This document shows positions 15,947 through 25,840 of a stretch of DNA of 57,206 bases, one piece after another. Made by a program: the position numbers and the translations under genes. Position 1 is the first letter of the stretch. Each line of letters starts with the position of its first letter. The notes beneath the pieces are model-generated. The model did not search any database and had not been told where the DNA came from. It saw only the letters and a list, made by a program, of their open reading frames with translations. The stretch comes from Candidatus Yonathbacteria bacterium RIFCSPLOWO2_01_FULL_43_27 (GTDB taxonomy: Bacteria > Patescibacteriota > Minisyncoccia > Phycocordibacterales > UBA1550). The stretch lies in NCBI GenBank assembly GCA_001823545.1, contig MHUV01000002.1:1-57206 (forward strand), given 5' to 3'.

Positions 15947-16519
15947 ATGTACGAAGCAAAAAATTACGAACAACTATTGGGTATCGAGGGGTTTTCTGAT
16001 TCATTACTCCGCAATCATTTCGTTCTTTACGAAGGGTATGTTTCCAATGTGAACAAGATTCTTGAATTTTTAAAAACTGCCGAGACAGGGACACCTCCAT
16101 TTAGTGAGATTAAACGCCGTTTTGGGTGGGAGTGGGATGGTATGCGTCTGCACGAACTTTATTTCGGCAATATGGGGAAGAATGGTAGTGAGCTTGATAA
16201 AAAGAGTGCATTCGTTAAAAAAATAACTGAAGATTTCGGTTCGTTTGAAGTATGGGAAAAAGATTTCAAAGCGATCGGTATGATGCGGGGAATTGGATGG
16301 GTTGCCCTTGTGCGAGATAATGAAACAAATCGTCTTTTTAATGTGTGGATTACCGAACACGATGGAGGTCACCTTACGGGAAGCACTATACTTCTCGTGA
16401 TGGATGTTTTTGAACACGCGTATGTTTCTGATTATGGTATCAAACGCCTTGATTATATTAATGTTTTTTGGAATGCGATACTATGGAGTGCGGTTGTTAG
16501 CCGGTTTTCTGGGAAGTAA
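15947..16519 (+). CDS. Fe/Mn superoxide dismutase family protein, with an apparently incomplete metal-ligand set
   Basis: C-terminal DVFEHAYVSDYGIKRLDYINVFWNAILW aligns with DVWEHAYYLxYQNRRPDYIxxFWNVVNW. The N-terminal HHxKHH region is replaced by LLRNHFVLYEGYV. The GGHxNH motif is absent. Confidence 0.7.
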   Translation: MYEAKNYEQLLGIEGFSDSLLRNHFVLYEGYVSNVNKILEFLKTAETGTPPFSEIKRRFGWEWDGMRLHELYFGNMGKNGSELDKKSAFVKKITEDFGSFEVWEKDFKAIGMMRGIGWVALVRDNETNRLFNVWITEHDGGHLTGSTILLVMDVFEHAYVSDYGIKRLDYINVFWNAILWSAVVSRFSGK

Positions 16520-16573
16520 ATTTGTGATATTATAAATGATAACAGTATTGTTTCTTGGCCAATGAACTAATAT

Positions 16574-17422
16574 ATGGAATACCTTACACGATCACAAATA
16601 ATACTCCTCGCACTCTTTGTGAGCTTCGTTTCCTCTATGGCAACGGGGGTGGTTGTGGTTACCCTGATGCAACAGTCACCCGAGCCTGTACGACAAATTA
16701 TTACGAACGTTGTAGAAAAGACCATTGAAAAAGTTGTTCCTACTATTGTAGAAAAACCCGGCAAAACGGTGGTGGTAAAAGATGAAGACTTGATGGTTTT
16801 AGCGATAGAGCGCAATGCAAAGAGTGTTGTTGCGTTTACTACTACGGGAGCAGAAGGGGAGATCTTTTCTGCTGGTGTGGGTGTCATTATTTCAAAGGAG
16901 GGGCTGATCATTACTGATAAAGCAAACTTCAATAGTGGACTTCTTGCGACAACGATCAATGATACGAAATACACTCTTGAGGTTGTACAAAATGCAAAAG
17001 AGGGTTCTTTGGTGCTCGGAAAGCTTGTACCGGCGACATCGCTCGCAAGTACGACTCCAGCACAGGTGTTCACTCCTGTTACCTTTGGTAATCCTGGGGT
17101 GCTCAAGGTAGGACAGACAGCAATCGTTATTGGTGGACGTGATGGCAAAACAGTTGCGACAGGGTTCATTAACCGCCTCGATACACACACCACCACCAAC
17201 AAGGAAACAAAAGAAGAAATTACTATTCTTGACAACATAGGACTTTCTCAGCGCTTCGCGGGAACTTCAAATGGTGCACCTATTATCACTCTTGCGGGGG
17301 AAGTAGTTGGTTTTGTAAGTCTTGACGAAGGTGCAGGAACACAGTCAGGCGTACTGGTTGTTGAGGCACAGAATTTACTTGACGAAGCGTCAAAATCAAG
17401 CGCACTTACCCCAAAACTATAG
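16574..17422 (+). CDS. Membrane-anchored trypsin-like (HtrA/S1C-like) domain protein, probably catalytically inactive
   Basis: GVGVIISKEGLIITDKANF aligns with GSGFIIS.DGYIVTNNHVV (the His is replaced). GTSNGAPIITLAGEVVGFVS aligns with GNSGGPLVNLNGEVIGIN. Confidence 0.55.
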   Translation: MEYLTRSQIILLALFVSFVSSMATGVVVVTLMQQSPEPVRQIITNVVEKTIEKVVPTIVEKPGKTVVVKDEDLMVLAIERNAKSVVAFTTTGAEGEIFSAGVGVIISKEGLIITDKANFNSGLLATTINDTKYTLEVVQNAKEGSLVLGKLVPATSLASTTPAQVFTPVTFGNPGVLKVGQTAIVIGGRDGKTVATGFINRLDTHTTTNKETKEEITILDNIGLSQRFAGTSNGAPIITLAGEVVGFVSLDEGAGTQSGVLVVEAQNLLDEASKSSALTPKL

Positions 17423-17525
17423 ATTGACAACTTTTTGTTTGAGTGCTACAGTTCATTTGTTAGCTCTATCGTTTTAAAGATATTTTGTGCGTTTTATTAG
17501 CGTTATCATAACACTCAATAATCTT

Positions 17526-20210
17526 ATGCCTCCAATAAACAATTTCACCACAAAGGCCCGCGATGTTATTCGCCGAGCGCATGAGCTTGCGGTAGAGCGG
17601 GGACAGAATCATGTGACGCCACTACATCTTTTGGCGGCTCTTTCGCTTGATGACGAAAGTGTTGTTATTTCACTTCTCGATAAACTTGGCGTGGATGGTA
17701 TCGCCCTTGCAGAAGAGCTTTTGGATACGATTGAGCCTTCTAAAGCACAAAATGTTATTTCACCTTCATATCAACTTTACCTTACTCAAGAACTCGGACA
17801 GATTTTGGGTGAGATTGCCCCTCGTCTTGCGAAAGAGATGAAAGATAGTCATATTTCATGCGAGCATCTGTTTCTCGCAATCTTCGACGTGCACGGACAA
17901 GCACGCGAGATTCTCATGAAGTATCGCGTCGAACGTGAGACAGTCGTAAAGGTTCTCGAAGAATTTCGTGAGCAAAATATTACCGACAGCACGCCACCAA
18001 AAAGAACAAAATCAATTTACAAATATACACGAAATCTCACCGAGCTTGCGTCTCAGGACAAACTCGACCCTGTTATTGGACGTGATAATGAAGTAGGACG
18101 TATTATTCAGATCCTCTCACGTCGTACAAAAAATAATCCAATTTTGATCGGTGAAGCGGGTGTGGGTAAAACCGCTGTAGCTGAGGGACTTGCTATTCGC
18201 ATGGCAAAAGGAGACGTGCCAGAGTCCCTTAAGGGTAAGGAGCTTGTTTCGTTGGATATTGGAGCACTTATTGCCGGCACAAAATACCGCGGTGAGTTTG
18301 AGGAACGCCTCAAGAAAATAATGAAGGAGGTTGAACAAGCTGAAGGGAAGATTATCCTTTTTATTGATGAGATTCATACGATTGTGGGTGCTGGTGCAGC
18401 TGAGGGTTCGATGGATGTATCTAATATGCTCAAACCAGCACTTGCGCGTGGTGAACTTCGTGCGATTGGCGCAACAACCTTGCGTGAATACCAAAAACAC
18501 ATAGAAAAAGATCCTGCGCTTACGCGTCGTTTCCAGCCGGTGTACGTGAATGAGCCATCTATTGAGGATGCCGTTGCTATCCTACGTGGACTTAAAGAAA
18601 AATACGAACTCTTTCATGGGGTTCATATTACGGATGATGCAATCATTTCTGCGGTCAGCTTGAGTAGCCGTTATATTTCAGACCGCTTTCTTCCTGACAA
18701 GGCAGTTGACCTCATTGATGAGGCAGCGTCTTCATTACGTATTTCATTGGAAAATAAACCACCGGTTCTTGAAGATGCACACCGTCGTATTATGCGCTTG
18801 GAGATAGAAAAAGAAGCGCTTAAGAAAGAATCAGAAAATACTGGCGAAACAGGAAAAAATGCAAAAGCACGCATTAAGAAAATTGATAATGAGATAAGTG
18901 ATCTTCGTGAAAAGACACAGGAAATAGAATTGAAATGGACGAACGAGAAAGAACTTGTGGTGGATATTCGCGCGATTAAGAAAAATCTCGAGACGGCACG
19001 TCTCGAAGCAGAGAATGCTGAAATGAAGGCCGACCTCGCGCTCGCCGCAGAGATTCGCTATGGACGTATCCCAGGATTTGAAAAAGAATTAGAACAAAAA
19101 ACATTGCGACTCAAGAAATTGCAATCATCTCGTCGTATTTTGAAAGAAGAAGTAACTGAGCAAGATATTGCGGAGGTGGTTGCGCGTTGGACAGGTATTC
19201 CCGTTACCAAGATGCTTGAAGAAGAAGCAGGTAAACTTGCTCAGATGGAGGAAGAAATAGGGAAGCGTGTGGTGGGGCAGAAAGATGCTATTCAAAGGGT
19301 TGCAGATGCGGTGAAGCGTTCGCGTGCTGGTATTGCCGACCCGAACCGCCCTATTGGCTCATTCCTCTTTTTGGGACCAACAGGTGTGGGTAAGACAGAA
19401 CTCTCAAAGGCGCTTGCGGAGTTTATGTTTAACGACGATAAGGCGCTCATTCGTATTGATATGTCAGAATATATGGAAAAGCATTCAGTTTCTAAAATGA
19501 TCGGCTCGCCTCCTGGATATGTTGGGCACGAAGAGAGTGGCAATCTAACTGAAATAGTGCGTCACCGCCCATACTCGGTACTTCTCTTTGATGAGGTTGA
19601 AAAGGCACACCCAGAAGTATTTAATATGTTGCTTCAAGTTCTCGATAACGGTCGCCTCACTGATTCGAAGGGTCGCGTGGTGAACTTTAAAAACACGGTC
19701 ATCATCCTCACGTCAAATATCGGCTCAGAGCACATTGATAAAATGCAATCAATAGGGTTTGGTGCACACAAGAGTGACACCGCTGATTATGCAGAAGCAA
19801 AAGAGCGCGTGAAAGAGTCCTTGAAAGATTTTTTTCGTCCCGAGTTCTTGAATCGCCTTGATGAGATTATCATTTTTGATATCTTGTCACCAGAGATCAT
19901 TCAGAAAATCGTTACACTTCAGATTGATATTGTAAAGAAGCGTCTCGTTGAAAAGGAAATCGTTATGAATGTTTCTCCCGAGGTGCTTGCGTATCTTTCA
20001 GAGAAGGGGTATGACCCACATTATGGTGCGCGCCCTCTCAAGCGTTTGATACAGAATAAAATTCTTACCCCGGTAGCGTCATTTATGATTTCTCAAGGTG
20101 TTCTTAAGGGAGGAAAAGTTTCTGTGACGATGGAAAAAGGGGAGATTGTTATCCGTGTCGAGAAAAAATCTGCCGTTAAGCCTCGCGGTCGCACAAAAGC
20201 AACCATGTAG
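17526..20210 (+). CDS. clpB: ATP-dependent chaperone ClpB
   Basis: Two AAA+ modules ([10 protein letters not shown] and [10 protein letters not shown]) are separated by a long coiled-coil M-domain, with a Clp N-domain upstream. The start was moved to [11 protein letters not shown]. Confidence 0.95.
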   Translation: MPPINNFTTKARDVIRRAHELAVERGQNHVTPLHLLAALSLDDESVVISLLDKLGVDGIALAEELLDTIEPSKAQNVISPSYQLYLTQELGQILGEIAPRLAKEMKDSHISCEHLFLAIFDVHGQAREILMKYRVERETVVKVLEEFREQNITDSTPPKRTKSIYKYTRNLTELASQDKLDPVIGRDNEVGRIIQILSRRTKNNPILIGEAGVGKTAVAEGLAIRMAKGDVPESLKGKELVSLDIGALIAGTKYRGEFEERLKKIMKEVEQAEGKIILFIDEIHTIVGAGAAEGSMDVSNMLKPALARGELRAIGATTLREYQKHIEKDPALTRRFQPVYVNEPSIEDAVAILRGLKEKYELFHGVHITDDAIISAVSLSSRYISDRFLPDKAVDLIDEAASSLRISLENKPPVLEDAHRRIMRLEIEKEALKKESENTGETGKNAKARIKKIDNEISDLREKTQEIELKWTNEKELVVDIRAIKKNLETARLEAENAEMKADLALAAEIRYGRIPGFEKELEQKTLRLKKLQSSRRILKEEVTEQDIAEVVARWTGIPVTKMLEEEAGKLAQMEEEIGKRVVGQKDAIQRVADAVKRSRAGIADPNRPIGSFLFLGPTGVGKTELSKALAEFMFNDDKALIRIDMSEYMEKHSVSKMIGSPPGYVGHEESGNLTEIVRHRPYSVLLFDEVEKAHPEVFNMLLQVLDNGRLTDSKGRVVNFKNTVIILTSNIGSEHIDKMQSIGFGAHKSDTADYAEAKERVKESLKDFFRPEFLNRLDEIIIFDILSPEIIQKIVTLQIDIVKKRLVEKEIVMNVSPEVLAYLSEKGYDPHYGARPLKRLIQNKILTPVASFMISQGVLKGGKVSVTMEKGEIVIRVEKKSAVKPRGRTKATM

Positions 20211-20247
20211 GGTACGGTTGAAAATCGAAGAAAAGTGTGATAAATTA

Positions 20248-20273
20248 AACAAGCGCTCTCGAGCGCTTGTTTA
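20248..20273. terminator. Perfect palindromic hairpin after clpB
   Basis: AAACAAGCGCTCTCGAGCGCTTGTTT. Confidence 0.7.
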
Positions 20274-20280
20274 ATTAGCG

Positions 20281-20340
20281 ACGTAGGACGAGTGGAGTGA
20301 GAAAGTAATCTTTCTCACTCCTGAGTCGAGGAGCTAATAC
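20281..20340 (-). repeat. Family A repeat, copy 2 (inverted), about 95 nt upstream of tRNA-Tyr
   Basis: The reverse complement of 20281-20340 matches 11143-11205 at roughly 90% identity, including the GTGAGAAAG/CTTTCTCAC hairpin. Confidence 0.8.
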
Positions 20341-20435
20341 AAGAGTGGATACCCAGCCCTCTGGGGCGGTAAATGTATGAGCGAAGCAAATACCTTTTGA
20401 AAGGGACTTATTCCCGGGTACACACTGCTTTTATT

Positions 20436-20519
20436 GCGTAGGTGGTAGAGCGGTCAATTACAACAGACTGTAAATCTGTCGCCCATTGGGCTACGCAGGT
20501 TCAAATCCTGCCCTACGCA
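20436..20519 (+). tRNA. tRNA-Tyr (anticodon GUA), type II
   Basis: GCGTAGG-TG-GTAGAGCGGTCAATTAC-A-ACAGA[CTGTAAA]TCTGT-CGCCCATTGGGCT-ACGCAGGTTCAAATCCTGC-CCTACGC-A. Confidence 0.85.
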
Positions 20520-20567
20520 CAATACAAAAAACGCCCCTCAAGGGGCGTTTTTTGTATTGTGCGTAGG
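20512..20567. terminator. Terminator hairpin embedded in a 56-nt perfect palindrome that includes the tRNA-Tyr 3' acceptor strand
   Basis: CCTACGCACAATACAAAAAACGCCCC-tcaa-GGGGCGTTTTTTGTATTGTGCGTAGG. The core hairpin plus T-run is at 20526-20553. Confidence 0.75.
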
Positions 20568-20640
20568 AGCGACTGAACTGCTTCAGTCGCGTGCAGGATT
20601 TGAAAGGCGGAACATGTTTTTGTAATCAAAAACAGTGAGC

Positions 20641-20705
20641 CGGGGTCGCGAGTACTTAGTGCGCGCAGGGCGTACCCGCCCGAGCACACTTAGTAACTCG
20701 TGACA
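20641..20705 (-). repeat. Family R repeat, copy 3 (inverted relative to copy 2)
   Basis: CCGGGGTCGCGAGTACTTAGTGCGCGCAGGGCGTACCCGCCCGAGCACACTTAGTAACTCGTGAC equals the reverse complement of 11915-11980 with a few substitutions. Confidence 0.8.
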
Positions 20706-20770
20706 AAATCCTACGCACAAAATCTTACCCCACAAAGCGAATGCTTTGCGGGGTAAGATTTTTGTAGCGT

Positions 20771-20801
20771 AACAAAAAACGCCCCTTAAAGGGGCGTTTT
20801 T
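20771..20801. terminator. Bidirectional rho-independent terminator (RNase J and the tRNA-Tyr-side element)
   Basis: AAAAAACGCCCC-ttaaa-GGGGCGTTTTT. It is a near copy of the hairpin at 20526-20553. Confidence 0.75.
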
Positions 20802-20818
20802 ATATACACGAGAATCTT

Positions 20819-22957
20819 TTACAATCCCAAAATCACAGGAATCACAATCGGGCGCTTTGCGGTTTCTTGGAAAAGGAAGCGTGCGACGGCGTCGGTGGTG
20901 TGGTCCTTGATGTAGTCAAAGTCAATCTGTTTTGAACCCGTAGAAAGCTCTTCGATAGAATTTTTTGCGATAACGCGTGCTTGGCGAAGAAGGTCTTGTG
21001 ATTCGCGAAGATAGACAAAACCACGTGAGATAATATCAGGGGACTTCGTAATTTTACCTGTAGTACGATCAATGGTGGCAATGATAACAAAGATACCGTC
21101 TTGTGAGAGCATTTGGCGATCGCGAAGCACCACCTCCTGAATACTGCCCACTGAGAATCCATCGACAAGCACCAGACCGCGTGGAGCAGTTTCTTTCAGT
21201 GCAACAATATTCTTTCCTTCGTTCTGAATCTCAATAACCATACTGTTGTCAGGAATAATGATGCGATCATCGGTCATTCCTGCCTCTTTCGCGATGTTGC
21301 CGTGTACGCGAAGGAGATAGTGGTATCCGTGAATAGGGATGAAGAAACGAGGTTTTACTTTCTGATGAATCCAGAGTGTTTCGTCGTGACATGCATGACC
21401 AGATGAGTGTACGTCAGCATTCTGGTAATGAATGATGGTTGCACCCTGTCGTGAGAGATTATCCTTGAGTTTCTGGACGCTCCTCTCGTTTCCAGGGATA
21501 ACGGAAGAAGAGAGGAGAATGGTATCACGTTTGTTAACTTTCAAGTATTTGTGGGTTTTGTTTGCTGCGCGCATGAGGGATGCAAACTCGTCTCCCTGTG
21601 CTCCTGTTACGAGCATAATAATGCGATCAGGTGGATAATTGTCCATTTCTTCGATAGGAATGAACGTCTCTTTCTTTGCGGTAAGGAACCCACTTTCACG
21701 CGCGATATCCACATTATTTTTCATACTGCGTCCATCAAGAACGATCTTTTTTCCGAGCACCTCTGCGGTGTCGATGATCTTGATAAGGCGCTCAAGAAGG
21801 GAAGCGAAGGTTGCTATAACGAGGCGTCCTTCAGTGTTGCGGATGATCGTTTCAATATTTTGAAGTACAATTCGTTCAGGGAATGAAAAGCCTGGGCGCT
21901 CTACGTTGGTTGAATCTGCCATAAGGAGAAGGTTTTGCGTATTCTCAATCCTTGCCCAATGATCTTCTTCGTCAAGTGTAGGCACACCATTATTGTGATC
22001 AAGCTTGAGGTCGCCTGTATGAATGATGTTACCGTACGGCGTTTCGATGATAGCCCCCATAGCATCAGGAATCGTGTGGGTCACCCCAAAGAACTCAACT
22101 TTGAAATCGCCAATCGTCGCACGCTCGTTTTTTTCTACCACGCGGATATCAAGTGCGGGAAGGTGAGGGAATTCATCTTGGCGCTTTTTGATGAGCAAGG
22201 TGCTGAGATTGCGTGAGTAAATAGGCGGGTTGCCGATTTTCTCCATAATGTAAGGGATGCTACCGATATGATCGAGGTGTCCGTGAGTAACGATAATCGC
22301 TTTTACTTTATGTTTGCGTTCCTCAAGATATTTGGTATTAGGAAGAATGTAGTCGACACCTGGGGTATTGTCCTCGCGGAACTGGAGGCCAGCGTCAATA
22401 ATAAGAATCGTATCTTTGTACTCAATACAGGTCATGTTGCGTCCGATTTCTTCAACGCCACCGAGTGGCACGATACGAATATCGCCGTCCTTAAGAGGGG
22501 GGATAATACTTTCGGTGTTTTGTGCAGGAAGTGGGATGCTCATACGTCGTGCATCAGCTTTCTCTCTTCCGGTAGTGTGCTTAACGCGTGAAGTGCTGCG
22601 AGGTATATTTTCTCCGTGGGAACCACGTGAACCGGGACGACTTCGAGAAGACATCCCTCCCTGAGGGCCCCTGCGCATGTCGCGCGGTTGACCGAGTGAT
22701 GCTCCACCACTTGGCGCCCTGTTGTCGTGTCGAGGGAACGAGCGATTATCCTGTGATGCAGGGAATGATGATCTCAATCCATGAGGTGCACTTGAAGACG
22801 CAGGTCGGTGACCTTCGTTTGTTGTTCCATATTGTGCCCTCTTTGATACCGCGCTTCGTGGTCCGCGCAGTGAGCGGTCTCGGCGGGGGAATCGACGTAC
22901 GTCATACCCGTCACCTTTAGGTCTCTGATTGTTTTGTCCTTCGTTGTTCGTCTCCAT
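20819..22957 (-). CDS. rnj: Ribonuclease J (metallo-beta-lactamase/beta-CASP) with a roughly 160-aa basic, RG/S-rich N-terminal extension
   Basis: IVPLGGVEEIGRNMTCIEYKDTILIIDAGLQF. HGHLDHIGSIPY. A beta-CASP region and a C-terminal domain. The N-terminus (NQRPKGDGYDVRRFPRRDRSLRGPRS...) is low complexity. Confidence 0.9.
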   Translation of the reverse strand: METNNEGQNNQRPKGDGYDVRRFPRRDRSLRGPRSAVSKRAQYGTTNEGHRPASSSAPHGLRSSFPASQDNRSFPRHDNRAPSGGASLGQPRDMRRGPQGGMSSRSRPGSRGSHGENIPRSTSRVKHTTGREKADARRMSIPLPAQNTESIIPPLKDGDIRIVPLGGVEEIGRNMTCIEYKDTILIIDAGLQFREDNTPGVDYILPNTKYLEERKHKVKAIIVTHGHLDHIGSIPYIMEKIGNPPIYSRNLSTLLIKKRQDEFPHLPALDIRVVEKNERATIGDFKVEFFGVTHTIPDAMGAIIETPYGNIIHTGDLKLDHNNGVPTLDEEDHWARIENTQNLLLMADSTNVERPGFSFPERIVLQNIETIIRNTEGRLVIATFASLLERLIKIIDTAEVLGKKIVLDGRSMKNNVDIARESGFLTAKKETFIPIEEMDNYPPDRIIMLVTGAQGDEFASLMRAANKTHKYLKVNKRDTILLSSSVIPGNERSVQKLKDNLSRQGATIIHYQNADVHSSGHACHDETLWIHQKVKPRFFIPIHGYHYLLRVHGNIAKEAGMTDDRIIIPDNSMVIEIQNEGKNIVALKETAPRGLVLVDGFSVGSIQEVVLRDRQMLSQDGIFVIIATIDRTTGKITKSPDIISRGFVYLRESQDLLRQARVIAKNSIEELSTGSKQIDFDYIKDHTTDAVARFLFQETAKRPIVIPVILGL

Positions 22958-23033
22958 TTTGTTCTTGTTATTTGATAATTTGATTTGTGTAATAATAATT
23001 TTCTATGACGTTTTGCAGATATTCATACGTACG

Positions 23034-24815
23034 TTATCTTGTAAATATGCTCCATACACTATCTGTCTCAATGTACCACCGATACACATTAAGGAAGCGT
23101 TCCGAGGGGATGGTGACAGATTCGAGGGAAACGCCGTTAATTTTTTGTGGTAGTAAATAGATAAATTCTGGTGCGTATAGCGGTATTGCGGGATTGTCGG
23201 TTGATGTCTCTTTAATAAAGCTTTTATAAAGTTTTAAGCGATCTTCCTCATCTTCTTCTCCGCGTGCATCCGTCAAGATGGTGTCCACACGCGTGTTGGC
23301 GTACAAGGCAATATTGAGACCAGGGTCACTTCGTTGACTTGAATGCCAGAACGGATAAGGGTCACTGTCGCGTCCGAGTACTTGTCCAAAGAAGAGCGCA
23401 TCAAACTTGCGGGGACGTACGATTGTTTCTTTAAAATCTCCGGTAGCAAATACCCGTATGTCGACAGGAACGCCTAGTTTTGCCCATGATGTTTTGAGTT
23501 CCTCAACTACTGCTCTTAGTTCAGGTGCTTCAGAAGTTGCGAGGGTAAAGCGGAGTACCAAGGTTTCTTTACTGGTTTTCTTTTGCCATACACCTTGTTG
23601 CTCGCTGAATGACCAACCTGCTTTCTGAAGAATCGTACGTGCTGTCGTGAGACGCTCTTCGAGAGGTTTTTGTTCCTTGGTTTTTTCATACCCAAGTGCA
23701 CCAGGGGGGAGGAGGGTGTCGAGAAGGACTCCGTACCCAGCAAGCGCTTTGTTAATGATTTCTTGTTTATCAATACTAAGGCCAAGTGCTTCGCGTACGG
23801 CGCTTTCCGCAAAGATAGGTGCTTCGTTTTGGTTAAAGAATACTGCAAGCACACGGGGGAGTGGAGTATGTTCTACACGGTAACCACTTTCTGAAAGTAT
23901 TTTTCCCTGCTCATGAGAAATTGAATTTATTGCATCAACGGTTCCATCTTTGAGCATTTTTACAAGGTCGTCCTCACTTTTTGCAAAAACAAATTTAATG
24001 GTGTTGACATAGGGTCTACCAAGGGCAAATTTTTTGAAAGAATTAAGCGTGTAGGAGACTGGAATTTCGTCACCGTCTTGGTTGGTTGTTTTAATAGCGT
24101 CAATCTTGTAGGGTCCCGAACCAATAGGTTCGCGGTTATATTTATTGGTATCAAAGCGATTAAAGTCAACATTTTCCCAAATGTGTTTTGGGAGTATTCC
24201 CATCGTAGTGTTTTCAAGGAAAGGGACGTAGGGTTTCTTGAGGGTAAAGAGCACAGTGAGGTCGTTTATTTTCTCAACTCCTACGCCATCCCAACTTGCA
24301 CGTTTGGGGCTTTTCATACGGCTGTCTTGTGCCGTTTTGATGGTAAAGACGATGTCGTCTGCGGTAATTTTTTCGCCATCGTGCCATTCAAGGTCTTCTT
24401 TGAGCCAAAATGTATAAGAAAGACCATCGTCTGATATTTCATAGCGCTCTGCAAGGTCAGGTACAAAATTTCCGTTTGCACCTGCGCGAAGGAGCCCTGA
24501 GTACACCAGCGCTGAAATATCGCGGTCTGCCTCTGAGCCGATTTCACCTCCTGCGAGAAGAGGATTTATGTGTGCAGGAGTGTTGAGTACTCCTTCAATA
24601 AGTGTTCCACCGTATGTTGGTACAGGAACAATGTATGATTTATTAACCCAGAGCATGAGTACAATGGTCGTCCCTACCAACACACCCATAGCGCCAAAGA
24701 AAATTTGTTTCTCTCTGTTTGAAAATGCAGCAAGCGCAAGTGTAAAACGTCCTTCGAATGGAAGAATGAATCGTTTACTGAATATTCTATTGAGTGATGA
24801 GAGAAGATTTTTCAC
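23034..24815 (-). CDS. ABC transporter substrate-binding protein, family 5 (oligopeptide/nickel type), with an N-terminal membrane anchor
   Basis: GTLIEGVLNTPAHINPLLAGGEIGSEADRDISALVYSGLL and the overall 590-aa architecture match SBP_bac_5. Confidence 0.8.
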   Translation of the reverse strand: MKNLLSSLNRIFSKRFILPFEGRFTLALAAFSNREKQIFFGAMGVLVGTTIVLMLWVNKSYIVPVPTYGGTLIEGVLNTPAHINPLLAGGEIGSEADRDISALVYSGLLRAGANGNFVPDLAERYEISDDGLSYTFWLKEDLEWHDGEKITADDIVFTIKTAQDSRMKSPKRASWDGVGVEKINDLTVLFTLKKPYVPFLENTTMGILPKHIWENVDFNRFDTNKYNREPIGSGPYKIDAIKTTNQDGDEIPVSYTLNSFKKFALGRPYVNTIKFVFAKSEDDLVKMLKDGTVDAINSISHEQGKILSESGYRVEHTPLPRVLAVFFNQNEAPIFAESAVREALGLSIDKQEIINKALAGYGVLLDTLLPPGALGYEKTKEQKPLEERLTTARTILQKAGWSFSEQQGVWQKKTSKETLVLRFTLATSEAPELRAVVEELKTSWAKLGVPVDIRVFATGDFKETIVRPRKFDALFFGQVLGRDSDPYPFWHSSQRSDPGLNIALYANTRVDTILTDARGEEDEEDRLKLYKSFIKETSTDNPAIPLYAPEFIYLLPQKINGVSLESVTIPSERFLNVYRWYIETDSVWSIFTR

Positions 24816-24945
24816 GAGAGTAATTATATAAAATCATTCTCTTTTTTCTAGGAGCTCACTAATATGAGCGCATAAAAAAACCTAGGATTTTATAATGATG
24901 GTTGGTGAGATAAAATACTAAACCTCCAGTTGTAGCTAAAAAGAG

Positions 24946-25179
24946 CTAACGGGAGATGTAAAGCATTACCAAAGCTGAACACGCAAAAAGTGTTGCGGTA
25001 ATGATGGTGAGGTAGAATAATACCTTCTCTGTCCCTCGACGAGTATAGTGAATACTGTCGTCGCTTCCTCCCATTGCGCCACCTACACCTGCTCCTGTTT
25101 GTTGGAGAAGGATTGATGCGATAAGTATAATTGAGAGAATGATCTGCGTCCATGGCAGAATCTTAACCAGAAATTCCAT
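24946..25179 (-). CDS. secG: Preprotein translocase subunit SecG
   Basis: ILSIILIASILLQQTGAGVGGAMGGS matches the SecG core (LLQ..KG.G.G..FGGG) between two TM helices. The track ORF extends to 25215. Confidence 0.75.
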   Translation of the reverse strand: MEFLVKILPWTQIILSIILIASILLQQTGAGVGGAMGGSDDSIHYTRRGTEKVLFYLTIITATLFACSALVMLYISR

Positions 25180-25232
25180 AAACCAAAGTATAGCAGAGAG
25201 TTGGGTAATGTGCAAGTCTTCTGTGTGTCTTC

Positions 25233-25709
25233 ATGAAAAGTTTTCCACACATTTTTATTCATCATACAAGAAAATTTGTTACACTATCTTGTATGGAAGG
25301 AGAACTTTATCAAACGATACAAAAACAAGAGCTACAAGGAATGCCCGTTACTGCCGTTGCGCCAGCGTTTCCAGATATTTCTTTCACGCCTCCTATGGAG
25401 GGAAAAGGAGCTTCCCATCGTCGTGAGGTTTGCGCCAAGATTGGTATCGCCGTGGGTGGCATTGCAATTATTTCATGGTTTGTTATCGCACTTGGAATTG
25501 TGTTCGCCATTTTAGGGACACTGTTTTCGTATTTTGGGTTACAGTCATCGCGTACAAAATATGCACGCATTGGTTTGTACTTGTCTTTAGTTGGAGGATT
25601 GCTCTCTCTCGTTTATGTGTTCGTGGTGTATGCAGGGTTCATAAATTATAATTTTTTTACGAACGAGCTCTGGGGAATTCCCTCAGGTGGGGTACAAAAG
25701 TTTGAATAA
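25233..25709 (+). CDS. Small membrane protein with two TM helices, hypothetical
   Basis: Hydrophobic helices (IGIAVGGIAIISWFVIALGIVFAILGTLFSYF and IGLYLSLVGGLLSLVYVFVVYAGF). The start is uncertain: internal Met residues lie at 25293 and 25341. Confidence 0.45.
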   Translation: MKSFPHIFIHHTRKFVTLSCMEGELYQTIQKQELQGMPVTAVAPAFPDISFTPPMEGKGASHRREVCAKIGIAVGGIAIISWFVIALGIVFAILGTLFSYFGLQSSRTKYARIGLYLSLVGGLLSLVYVFVVYAGFINYNFFTNELWGIPSGGVQKFE

Positions 25710-25728
25710 TTGATTAAAGAAAAGGGTA

Positions 25729-25773
25729 GGGGTAAAAACAAGGTCCGCGTTATGCGGACCTTGTTTTTACCCC
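25729..25773. terminator. Perfect 20-bp-stem hairpin terminator upstream of gyrA
   Basis: GGGGTAAAAACAAGGTCCGC-gttat-GCGGACCTTGTTTTTACCCC. Confidence 0.75.
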
Positions 25774-25840
25774 ATTTCACCTTATTTTCTAAACTTTAGA
25801 TCGTTTTAATTTTTACTTTTTTGTGATATAATAGTCATAT

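Noticed and set aside
16567-17238. 223-aa minus-strand ORF
   Set aside because: It is antisense to the HtrA-like gene. It is Ser/Thr/Val-rich with no motif.
10806-20705. CRISPR array hypothesis for the 65-nt repeats
   Set aside because: The copies are single, dispersed over 10 kb and in mixed orientation. They are not spaced by unique spacers of regular length. No cas genes are present in the window.
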